Below the pieces are notes generated by a model that saw only the letters and a list, made by a program, of their open reading frames with translations, did no database searches and was not told where the DNA came from. The translations under genes and the position numbers were made by a program. DNA of 64,000 nt, from contig OZ243938.1 in the NCBI GenBank assembly GCA_965214095.1, positions 4,672,001 to 4,736,000 of the forward strand, read 5' to 3'. Positions 49,797 to 58,646 of the stretch are shown here, piece by piece (within the stretch, counting starts at the first letter, position 1; each line of letters begins with the position of its first letter). This DNA comes from Candidatus Poribacteria bacterium. GTDB lineage: Bacteria > Poribacteria > WGA-4E > WGA-3G.

Positions 49797-52700
49797 TTAG
49801 AATCCTGCCATTGCTCTAACATACATTGTGTTCGTAACAGTATTCCTGAAGAGATTAGTCGTCCTACGGACACCTGCAAGAACGATAATAGTTGCCCCAA
49901 GCCATTGTCCTCTGTTGATGGTCTGGATTTCAAGAATTCGTGTTCTCAAATCAGGACGATAGATAGACGGAACAGGAGTGTCAACAGAATATTTCTGCAG
50001 ATATTTCTTAAAATTTTGATCTCTATTGACAAACTTCCTGTATTGGAATCCACCAAGCAACTTAATTTTTGGTGAGAAATGGTAATCAAGTCGTACGCCA
50101 AGTATGTCCTCACGACTTCTGCGATTAAATCGCAAATATTCAACGACTTCTAAATCAGTTGGTGCGAACAAGTCTGGATTGAGTGTTTTTGGTATTTCCT
50201 CTGCAGTTCGGTCAAATGCCCTATCCCAAACATACTTAGCCATCGGTGTTAGAACAAGATCAACACCAATTCTATTAAAATGTGGGAGATCACCGAGTGG
50301 TATTTCATACCTTCCCTTTAGAATAGTTAACTGATTCCGTATATTTCTATCTGGATACCGTCGTTTTTTCCAGTTCGTTTTGTCATAGATCAAACCTGTG
50401 TCATTTGGATCCAGCGCGTTTATCCCGTGATCAGGATAAAATGGAGATTCCCGCCGGTCACCTGAAGAGCGAATCTGGTTCTCAAGTACCATAAAATCAA
50501 CACGTTCATCTGCTTCAAAACTTTTTGTAATTGGGTCATATTCTACATCTGTGAACAGTGCGTTCGTTTCATCTTGTTTAAGTTGTTTTTGCATGACCAC
50601 TAAAGATTTCGCTTCAAGTGTTAAGTTAGGCACTGCAGAATAGATACATTGGAAAATTGTCGTATTTTTCCGAGCGTTATAATAATCAAGTTCATCATTG
50701 ATGGATACAGTATCTAATTCACCAACAGGTAAAGTGATTGTGTAATCTGGAATATCATCCTGAACTCTGACGAACCGATTTTGGAATGCTATGCTACCAA
50801 AATCTGGGATGTCACGATCATAAATGACATGTACATATTTTGAGTTGTTTTTGCGCCTACTTGATATTTCTCTTTCGTTCAACCACCCTATCTGTAGAGA
50901 GAGATTGTTTAGCAGATCATATTTTGCATTGATGTGATAACCTTGACGATCAATACCGTATTCATATTGTGGTTCAAGATTATCTTCAATTGTATCTATT
51001 GTTCCGTTATTATTCAGATCTATTATACCCTTGAATACAGGCGGATCTGCATCAAAAATGAGAAAATCCTCATGATAATCTAATACACCGTTTTGATCTC
51101 TGTCATCTGCTCGAGGAATTACACCGTCAAAATCAACATCATCGGGCCAACCATCTTGATCATCATCATCCTCAATCAGAATATAATTATTGACTTCCCA
51201 TGAGTCTATTTCTCCAGGTAGTCGATCTATATCTACATTCTTATCAAGAGTAAAAACTGAACCCCTGTTTGGATTTGGACCAAGATTCAAATATGTGGTT
51301 GTGTATCCTGGATCAATGTGATATAGGACACCTGCTAAGTGAAGTTTTTCAAATCGAGATTCAAGGTGTATGAACCACGCCTTTTCTCTACCGAGTTTGC
51401 CATCTGCATCAACATCTGTTCCATCTCCACCTAAGAATGCTTCAAAACGTTCACCTTCCGTTTCAGAATAGGTTGGAACACCGTTGGCATCAACATGAAG
51501 TCCCGTTCTTGGGTTAATAGTCACACCAGAAGGTTGATCTCCATCAGGTGTCTTGACGATTGTTTGCGTTCGACTATATCCTACTTTATCTTTTGGAAGT
51601 GTAGGATACTGTTTGTATTTGCCATTGACGGAGTAATGTGTTCTGATGAAGATATTGCCGATTCTTCCTTCAAGGTCGATTCCGTAAAGTGTGGCAGCAC
51701 GGGCAGCACCGTATCGGTAACTGACTTTACGAGGTCTACCTTCGCCGTTCCATAGGCTTGGATTGTCCTTCAGTTTATCTCTATCTTTTATGTATTCTGG
51801 AGATTGTCCATAATTACCGGGAGCTTGTATAACATCACGATATGGCATCTGTATGTGACCATCAGAAGTTTTGATCCATTCCTGGAGATCAGGATTTTCA
51901 CCTGCTTGATTTGCCTTACTCAATCCAATAACAGCAATGTTATAATCACCCGCAACAATCATTTCAAAAACAACAGATTTGACTGTTCGTGGGTCTATGT
52001 TTATATCAATATCGTAAAGGTTGAAGTCATATTTCATTTTATTGAAACCAGTCACTATTTTCCATTCACTGTCAACTGAATCGACGATATTTGATGTGCC
52101 AACAGGTACAAGTTGGTCTGCAGAAATATCAAACACGTGAGTTTCTTTCGGTAATGGATTAGGTTCAAGACCTTCATCAATCTCTTCAGGAGTTAATTCA
52201 GTAAGTGCCTGAGTAACGATTGTTATTCGCATACTTTTGAATGCTGCGCCTACACCTTCTTGGATATTGTCGCTATGTAAATCGGGGTCATATTCATAAA
52301 AATCTGTGAAGGCTCTTGTGTAATTATCTTCAGGTGAGTCATCTCGGAAGACAACAGAGATTGTCTCTGGGGGTATATTTGGGACTGTTCCCATGTAGCT
52401 GGAGATTATACGTTCAGGATGTTGTTTGTGCATATTAATATAGGTATAACCAACACGAAGATTTTCTGTTAAAAGCGTTTGTCCGCGAAAACCGATGAGT
52501 CGTGTATTTTCAATATTTCTGACACGTGAAAGCGGATTCCACCCGTTTCTCCGACCAAGATCCAATCCTATAGCTTCTGGATCCATTGCTGCTCTAACTA
52601 ACCTGATAGGATTAGAAATACGTGAGTGAAGAAAAGAAAATAGATGATGTTCTTGAACGAAAGAGATGTCCCAACGGAGTCCATCAAATTCTGTCTTTGA

Positions 52701-53129
52701 GATTATATATTGGTTATGGAACAGTGTATCTGGTTTTAGTCGTATATGATCACCGATAGCAATATCTGTATGTCTGCCGAGAAAAGTCTCTTCAACCAAG
52801 ATTGCCCTGTCCAATTGTGTTGTGAACCTCAGGCTGTCAAGTTGTCCACTCCATCCAATAACCAATTTCCCATTCTTATCAAATTCTTGCTGATCTGAGT
52901 ATCTACTGATTTCACTGCCTTCAACCACCTCTTGACCATAAAGATCGCGGAAGAATTGAGGTTCTTCTTCTAATCTGAATCTATCAGAGAATTTTGCCTC
53001 ACTTTCTATAGCAGGTAAGAGGGGTTCATAAGGTCCAAGTGGTTGCGCACCGCAACCGATGAAAATGAATGTAATAAAGATGTAAGTCAATGTAAGTAGA
53101 GAATACGTCACATGTCTTAATTTTTTCAT
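49797..53129 (-). CDS. 1110-aa putative outer-membrane beta-barrel/lipoprotein with Ca-binding acidic repeats
   Basis: Signal ending IFIGC; alternating beta-strand segments; EDDDDQDGWPDD, DDRDQNGVLD, DLNNNGTID; C-terminal YVRAMAGF beta-signal-like end. Confidence 0.6.
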   Translation of the reverse strand: MKKLRHVTYSLLTLTYIFITFIFIGCGAQPLGPYEPLLPAIESEAKFSDRFRLEEEPQFFRDLYGQEVVEGSEISRYSDQQEFDKNGKLVIGWSGQLDSLRFTTQLDRAILVEETFLGRHTDIAIGDHIRLKPDTLFHNQYIISKTEFDGLRWDISFVQEHHLFSFLHSRISNPIRLVRAAMDPEAIGLDLGRRNGWNPLSRVRNIENTRLIGFRGQTLLTENLRVGYTYINMHKQHPERIISSYMGTVPNIPPETISVVFRDDSPEDNYTRAFTDFYEYDPDLHSDNIQEGVGAAFKSMRITIVTQALTELTPEEIDEGLEPNPLPKETHVFDISADQLVPVGTSNIVDSVDSEWKIVTGFNKMKYDFNLYDIDINIDPRTVKSVVFEMIVAGDYNIAVIGLSKANQAGENPDLQEWIKTSDGHIQMPYRDVIQAPGNYGQSPEYIKDRDKLKDNPSLWNGEGRPRKVSYRYGAARAATLYGIDLEGRIGNIFIRTHYSVNGKYKQYPTLPKDKVGYSRTQTIVKTPDGDQPSGVTINPRTGLHVDANGVPTYSETEGERFEAFLGGDGTDVDADGKLGREKAWFIHLESRFEKLHLAGVLYHIDPGYTTTYLNLGPNPNRGSVFTLDKNVDIDRLPGEIDSWEVNNYILIEDDDDQDGWPDDVDFDGVIPRADDRDQNGVLDYHEDFLIFDADPPVFKGIIDLNNNGTIDTIEDNLEPQYEYGIDRQGYHINAKYDLLNNLSLQIGWLNEREISSRRKNNSKYVHVIYDRDIPDFGSIAFQNRFVRVQDDIPDYTITLPVGELDTVSINDELDYYNARKNTTIFQCIYSAVPNLTLEAKSLVVMQKQLKQDETNALFTDVEYDPITKSFEADERVDFMVLENQIRSSGDRRESPFYPDHGINALDPNDTGLIYDKTNWKKRRYPDRNIRNQLTILKGRYEIPLGDLPHFNRIGVDLVLTPMAKYVWDRAFDRTAEEIPKTLNPDLFAPTDLEVVEYLRFNRRSREDILGVRLDYHFSPKIKLLGGFQYRKFVNRDQNFKKYLQKYSVDTPVPSIYRPDLRTRILEIQTINRGQWLGATIIVLAGVRRTTNLFRNTVTNTMYVRAMAGF

Positions 53130-53205
53130 TTAGTTAATTCTCCCTACTCAAATAGAAAGTTGGTCTTAACAGACAATCCTCAATGGTTAATTTTGAGATA
53201 TATAA

Positions 53206-53220
53206 GCAAGATATATGCCA
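53206..53220 (-). promoter_or_regulatory. sigma-54 promoter of the 1110-aa gene
   Basis: Minus strand TGGCATATATCTTGC. Confidence 0.8.
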
Positions 53221-53281
53221 CAAGTTATGAACTGTAAAATCCCTAAGAATCAATATCAGTTGGTATGTGTAAGAAAAATGC

Positions 53282-53327
53282 TGCCCATGAATGTGCAATA
53301 CTTAATTTTGTTGCACATTCATGGGCA
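53282..53327. promoter_or_regulatory. Paired putative enhancer boxes TGCAC-N6-GGGCA (inverted pair, 30-bp spacing)
   Basis: TGCCCATGAATGTGCA (53282) and TGCACATTCATGGGCA (53312). Confidence 0.7.
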
Positions 53328-53333
53328 TATACT

Positions 53334-53435
53334 TATACCATTTCCAAGAGATAACTTGTCATTATCAAAATAGGTGTTCGTAGTCGCGCGATTCACAATC
53401 TCATAATGAACTATTCTTTATTGGAAATGGTATTA
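53334..53435. mobile_element. MITE-like element, shorter inverted copy of 32835-32974
   Basis: TATACCATTT...GATAACTTGTCATTATCAAAA-x-AGGTGTTCGTAGTC...AATGAACTATTCTTT...AAATGGTATTA. Confidence 0.75.
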
Positions 53436-53437
53436 CC

Positions 53438-53827
53438 TCACTTTCTATCTACAATAGTGTAAAATTCAACCGTATCAATACGTCCACTACCAGTTGTTAT
53501 AGGTTTAATGATTTTAATTGCATCTGTCTCGGCATATAGGAAGATATCGTACGGGAAAGTGATCCCACCTTGGACTTTCTTTTTTAATTCCCAACGATTT
53601 GCCCTCTTACGGACTGAAATATCAAAGTTTTGGTACTTCCCAACACCAAGCAGTCTAACTTTTCGCACAATTGCTTTTTCTGGTATGGAGAAGATGACTC
53701 CATAAAATATTGGCTTTTCTGTCACTGGTTGATCAATCAGAACATATACCTGTTCTGTAAAGAGAACGGCACAACCGATCAATGATAAGTAGATTGGTAT
53801 TAAGAATAGAAATGTCAGTTTAGTCAT
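53438..53827 (-). CDS. Small hypothetical lipoprotein
   Basis: Lipobox LIGC; beta-rich body; GAGG RBS. Confidence 0.65.
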   Translation of the reverse strand: MTKLTFLFLIPIYLSLIGCAVLFTEQVYVLIDQPVTEKPIFYGVIFSIPEKAIVRKVRLLGVGKYQNFDISVRKRANRWELKKKVQGGITFPYDIFLYAETDAIKIIKPITTGSGRIDTVEFYTIVDRK

Positions 53828-53895
53828 ATAAATCCTCTACAATATATCAAATGTAAATAATAATGAATAACACCACAGTCCACATTATTCATAGA

Positions 53896-53910
53896 GCAAT
53901 TATTATGCCA
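53896..53910 (-). promoter_or_regulatory. sigma-54 promoter of the small lipoprotein gene
   Basis: Minus strand TGGCATAATAATTGC. Confidence 0.7.
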
Positions 53911-54165
53911 AAGATCTTATTGATAGAAAACAGGTTTATATCAGGATTCTTACGGATTAGCGTTGAGAATTGCAAACTTGCTGTTCAATTTCTGGACAGA
54001 CTTGTTCAAAATGTATTCTACATTCAAGACTTATAGATGGATGCATAATCTATTGACACGACTCAAATATTTGAGTATACTTGAGCAATCTAAAAGAAAA
54101 TGTCTTCAAAAGAGAAACTTAATCATGTTATCGTTAACTCTTAGAAACTTAACAACTGGAATAGG

Positions 54166-56604
54166 ATGTTAAAACAAATTATTGCTTTCGTATTCCTAAT
54201 AGTAATCATCTTGGTTGGGGATACTGTCGCACAGATGAAACAAGACAAGGAGAAGTCTATGGTTGAACGTTGGGGATTATATGAAGTGACCTTGAATGGA
54301 CCCGATACAGGTAATCCTTTCACTGAGGTAGAATTGTCAGCAGAATTTAAACGAAGTGACGTAAAAGGTGGACGCACTTTTGAACCGCAAGGATTCTATG
54401 ATGGGAATGGTATATACAAAATCCGATTCATGCCAGACGAAGTTGGTGAATGGACATACACTACAAAAAGTAGCAGCACAGAATTGAACGGTAAAACCAG
54501 TCAATTTACATGTATTGAACCGACTGAAGGCAACAACGGTCCGGTTGAAGTCTATAAGGATTTCTACCTACAATACGCTGACGGTACGCCCTATCATCAG
54601 TTCGGAACGACATGCTATGCATGGACACATCAGGGAGAGGAGATGGAGGAACAGACACTCAAAACTCTCACGGAAGCACCTTTCAACAAGATGCGGATGT
54701 GTATCTTTCCTAAAGATTATTCCTATAATAAGAATGAACCCGTCTACTATCCATATCAGGGAAAACCGCTCAAAGATTGGGATTTCACAAGATTCAATCC
54801 AGAATTCTGGCAGCATTTTGAGCAGAGAGTACAAGACTTGTTGAAACTTGGTATTGAAGCAGATATAATCCTATTCCACACTTATGACCGATGGGATTTT
54901 GAGAATATGGATGCTGAAAGCGATGATCATTATATCCGTTACGCTGTTGCACGCTTGGCGGCATTCCGCAATGTATGGTGGTCTCTTGCGAATGAATATG
55001 ACATTATGCCAGCAAAAGAGGAATCTGATTGGGATCGGTTTTTTCAGATTATACGAGACCACGATCCATATCAACGGTTACGCGGGATACATAACTGCAG
55101 AGGTTGGTATGACCACAATAAACCTTGGGTGACACATACAAGTATTCAAACGTCAAATATGGCTGAAGGCATCCTTTACCGCACACGATATAATAAACCG
55201 GTTATCTATGATGAGTGTCGCTATGAAGGAGATATACCTCAAGGATGGGGAAACATCACCGCACGACAGATGGTGCAGAATTTTTGGGCAGGTACAGTTT
55301 CAGGATGTTATGTTGGACATGGAGAAACATACAAACATCCTGAAGACCTTTTGTGGTGGGCAAAGGGAGGCATACTCCGTGGTGAAAGTCCAGCACGTAT
55401 TGCATTTCTAAAGGACTTCATGATAGATGCACCAGCATTTGATACACTTGAACCGGTCGGAGATGATAAGGGACGATATGTCCTTGCTAAAGAGGGTGAA
55501 TACTATTTAGTTTATACAACTGAACCGCAAACAATAACAGTTAAACTGCATGGTGACCAACCTTATAAAATTGATGGTATTGATACTTGGAATATGAAAA
55601 TCCTACCTGTTGGGACTGCACAACCAGGCGAATATACATTTGCGTCTTCGCAAACTGATTTTGCATACCGTTTCACACCTTATGCACCGGGTGAGAAACT
55701 GCGTCCAGAAGCAAAAGCATCTGCAGATGTTCTTCAAGGCAGTGCACCGCTTACAGTCTCATTTTCTGCATCAGACGATTTGACGCAACAATGGGATTTC
55801 GGAGATGGCACAACATCTGATGAATCGAATCCGATACACGTTTATGACAATCTTGGACAATATACCGTAATGCTCACTGTTACAGATGCAGATGGTGCAT
55901 CGGCAATAACTGCACTTACCATTAATGTTATGCCTGCTGTTCCTGATGACATAGGCACTCACTCAGAATTTCCTGGATCACGCGACGGACTTGTGTTTGT
56001 TTGGAACGGTACACTTGAGGATACCAATGAAATCGAATCCCGAGATGAAGCAAAATTTGCTGAAGACGGACAAATGGATCTGGCTGGTGGTTCATTTATC
56101 ATACAAAATGTTAATGATTCACTACTTGCAGCATGCAAGAAAAGCAATCAATTAACAATTGAATGTCTCGTCAGCACAGACAATCTAAATCAGAGCGGTC
56201 CGGCGCGCATAATATCGTTTTCAAAGGATGTCACCCATCGCAACTTTACCTTGGGACAGGATGGAAAGCAGTTTGCCATGAGGATCCGAACACCGCGAAC
56301 AGGTACAAACGGTCAAGGAGGCGAGTTCTCATTCGGTGAAATTGAATCAGGAAAGGCAACACATGTTATCGTCAGTTATTTTTCTGGGAATGTCCATTGC
56401 TATGTTAATGGTGAGTTAGTCCAGACGAGTAATGGAATTCAAGGGGACTTCAGCAATTGGGAACTATATCCACTTATTTTCGGTGATGAAGCAAGTGGTG
56501 GAAGGAACTGGGAAGGTAAACTGAGTCATGTTGCAATATATAGTCGGTTTGTCGGTTTGGAAGAGGCTGTGCAGAAGTTCCAACTGATTCAAAGTGAAAT
56601 GTAA
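54166..56604 (+). CDS. Secreted putative glycoside hydrolase (DUF5060 + DUF4038/apiosidase-like + DUF5605) with PKD and LamG-like domains
   Basis: GNPF-x-EV...GFYDG...RFMP; GTTCYAW, PFNKMRM, WWSLANEYD, DEC-x-YEG, HGETY; WDFGDG PKD; PARIISFS...NFTLGQ. Confidence 0.8.
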   Translation: MLKQIIAFVFLIVIILVGDTVAQMKQDKEKSMVERWGLYEVTLNGPDTGNPFTEVELSAEFKRSDVKGGRTFEPQGFYDGNGIYKIRFMPDEVGEWTYTTKSSSTELNGKTSQFTCIEPTEGNNGPVEVYKDFYLQYADGTPYHQFGTTCYAWTHQGEEMEEQTLKTLTEAPFNKMRMCIFPKDYSYNKNEPVYYPYQGKPLKDWDFTRFNPEFWQHFEQRVQDLLKLGIEADIILFHTYDRWDFENMDAESDDHYIRYAVARLAAFRNVWWSLANEYDIMPAKEESDWDRFFQIIRDHDPYQRLRGIHNCRGWYDHNKPWVTHTSIQTSNMAEGILYRTRYNKPVIYDECRYEGDIPQGWGNITARQMVQNFWAGTVSGCYVGHGETYKHPEDLLWWAKGGILRGESPARIAFLKDFMIDAPAFDTLEPVGDDKGRYVLAKEGEYYLVYTTEPQTITVKLHGDQPYKIDGIDTWNMKILPVGTAQPGEYTFASSQTDFAYRFTPYAPGEKLRPEAKASADVLQGSAPLTVSFSASDDLTQQWDFGDGTTSDESNPIHVYDNLGQYTVMLTVTDADGASAITALTINVMPAVPDDIGTHSEFPGSRDGLVFVWNGTLEDTNEIESRDEAKFAEDGQMDLAGGSFIIQNVNDSLLAACKKSNQLTIECLVSTDNLNQSGPARIISFSKDVTHRNFTLGQDGKQFAMRIRTPRTGTNGQGGEFSFGEIESGKATHVIVSYFSGNVHCYVNGELVQTSNGIQGDFSNWELYPLIFGDEASGGRNWEGKLSHVAIYSRFVGLEEAVQKFQLIQSEM

Positions 56605-56906
56605 AATATATGCACACTTCACGGTAGATGCGGTTTCCTAACCAATGCAGAATGCCATACGGGGAATGCCTAAAGAAGCATGCGCGTGTGGCATGCTCCA
56701 TGATTCATACCGTTGATTTGGCGCATTCTGCCTGACTATGAGCCTGAACAAATACCTTCATAGAGGTTCTCGCGTAGGATCCGGTTCGGTTAGGAAACCG
56801 AACCTACCGTCCTGGGGAAAACGCCTAATTTACACTAAATTGACCCCTGTGGTTCGGTTAGGAAACCGAACCTACCGTGGTGTGTACTAATTCTGGTTTT
56901 ACTATA
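56591..56906. mobile_element. Expanded member of the TATAG-ended REP-carrying MITE family
   Basis: Left end AGTGAAATG...TGCACACT...CGGTAGATGCGGTTTCCTAACC; two GGTTCGGTTAGGAAACCGAACCTACCG copies; right end GGTTTTACTATA. Confidence 0.7.
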
Positions 56907-56926
56907 GACACAATGGAAACATATAA

Positions 56927-58516
56927 ATGAATGACAAGGTATTTCATCTGCGCTTGTTAATAACAGTATTGCTGTTCTGTATCTTTTCAACGTTATGTCT
57001 GCAATACGGTATTGCTCAGAACTACACGCACAAGAGTCTCCCTGAAGGCACAAAAGCACGTCTTGGTAAAGGAATTATCAAAGATATTCTCTATTCTCCT
57101 GATGGAAAATTGTTTGCCGTTGTAAGTTCAATTGGTCTTTGGCTCTATGACACAAAGGATTATCAAGAAATCACCTTACTTCCAATTCCTAAGAGTGGGA
57201 ATAGACCGTTGGCACATAAAATTCAGGACACATACTTCAGTGTTGATGGACAGATGTTGATATGTGAAACTAAAGAGAAGCAAGCTATCATTTGGGATGT
57301 CTCCACGGAGGAAAGCAAAGAAATTAACCTTACAATCGGTGCATCCTTTCGTGCTGATAGAAAAACATTGACTATTGGTTCTGGGCAAGAACAGGTAGAA
57401 TTATGGCAAAGTAAAAAAGAAATAATAGTGAATCCGCAAAAACAGTCTGGTGAAATAGACAAAATAATTGCATACAGTCCTGACGAACAAACTTATGCAA
57501 CTACCGAAGACAAATATAACATTAGGATAAGAGACAAACGAAGTGGAAATAAAACGATAAAAACAATTAAATTCACTAAGTTTAACTACGGTCAAAGTAT
57601 TCGTCTTAGTCCAGATGAACAAACGCTTGCAACACTAAATGCGAAATCACCTATTCGTCTGTGGGATAGCAATACAGGTATATTAAAGAGAACACTTAGT
57701 GGACATCTTGTAAAAAACAATCCTATCCGAATTCAAACACGTTATAATCCTCCATCTCAACTTGATAGTATTGTATTCAGTCCAAATGGGAAAATTCTTG
57801 CAAATGGAAGTTTGAATGGTGAAATTCTTTTATGGAATACAAGCAGTGGAAAGTTGATTAGGAAATTTACAGATCAATTTGGATTCATTAAGAGTCTATC
57901 CTTTAGTCCAGATGGAAAGTTTCTGGCAAGTGGTAGTGATGGTGGAAGCATCCTTGTATGGAATGTTGAAACAGGAAAACATAAGCCATTTCTCGCTGAA
58001 CGGATGCGGGGTATCTCTTGTGTATCTTTCAGTCGTGATGGAAGTATACTTGTTGGCGGAAGTGTAAATGGAGACATTTTTTTCTTTGATGTAGAAACAG
58101 GAAATACACTAAAAACATTTACAGGTCATATTGCAGAAATTAGTCATTTAATGTTCAGTCCAGATGACTCCCAAATCGCAAGTGCAGGTTGGGATGGAAG
58201 TGTTCGTTTGTGGGATATAGAAACAAGGAAGCAGATAAAGACCCTCTCAGCACCAATCTCAGTACATTTCCGGGGTTATTGGCAGGAAATTTTGTTTACA
58301 GAGGATGAAAATCTATTTGCCATCAATATTGACTATAGCAATTTTATTCATTTATGGAATGTAAGCAGCGGGGAATACGTCAAAATGTTGGTGGGACATG
58401 CGTCTCGTTTACGCAGTTTTTCTGTCAGTACTGATACACAGACACTCGCAAGTTTCAGTGCTGACGGTACGATATTGTTATGGGACTTGTATTCCATAAT
58501 TAATGCGATACAATAA
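56927..58516 (+). CDS. Secreted WD40-repeat protein
   Basis: Signal peptide; LPEGTKARLGKG leader; FSPDG...LW repeats. Confidence 0.9.
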   Translation: MNDKVFHLRLLITVLLFCIFSTLCLQYGIAQNYTHKSLPEGTKARLGKGIIKDILYSPDGKLFAVVSSIGLWLYDTKDYQEITLLPIPKSGNRPLAHKIQDTYFSVDGQMLICETKEKQAIIWDVSTEESKEINLTIGASFRADRKTLTIGSGQEQVELWQSKKEIIVNPQKQSGEIDKIIAYSPDEQTYATTEDKYNIRIRDKRSGNKTIKTIKFTKFNYGQSIRLSPDEQTLATLNAKSPIRLWDSNTGILKRTLSGHLVKNNPIRIQTRYNPPSQLDSIVFSPNGKILANGSLNGEILLWNTSSGKLIRKFTDQFGFIKSLSFSPDGKFLASGSDGGSILVWNVETGKHKPFLAERMRGISCVSFSRDGSILVGGSVNGDIFFFDVETGNTLKTFTGHIAEISHLMFSPDDSQIASAGWDGSVRLWDIETRKQIKTLSAPISVHFRGYWQEILFTEDENLFAINIDYSNFIHLWNVSSGEYVKMLVGHASRLRSFSVSTDTQTLASFSADGTILLWDLYSIINAIQ

Positions 58517-58539
58517 GTAATATCAAATTAACCTAAATC

Positions 58540-58563
58540 GTAGGGGCAGGGTTCCCCTGCCCG
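58540..58563 (+). repeat. GTAG REP hairpin
   Basis: GTAGGGGCAGGGTTCCCCTGCCCG. Confidence 0.65.
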
Positions 58564-58646
58564 GCCGTGTTCTCAGCATCAAAAACAGGACAAATCTCGT
58601 TAATTTGGTATATTATGAAATCAACATAACCAATAAGGTTAGAAAA

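Noticed and set aside
56783-56878. CRISPR array from repeated GGTTCGGTTAGGAAACCGAACCTACCG
   Set aside because: Only two adjacent copies; the same unit is dispersed in both orientations elsewhere; no cas genes. These are REP/MITE modules.
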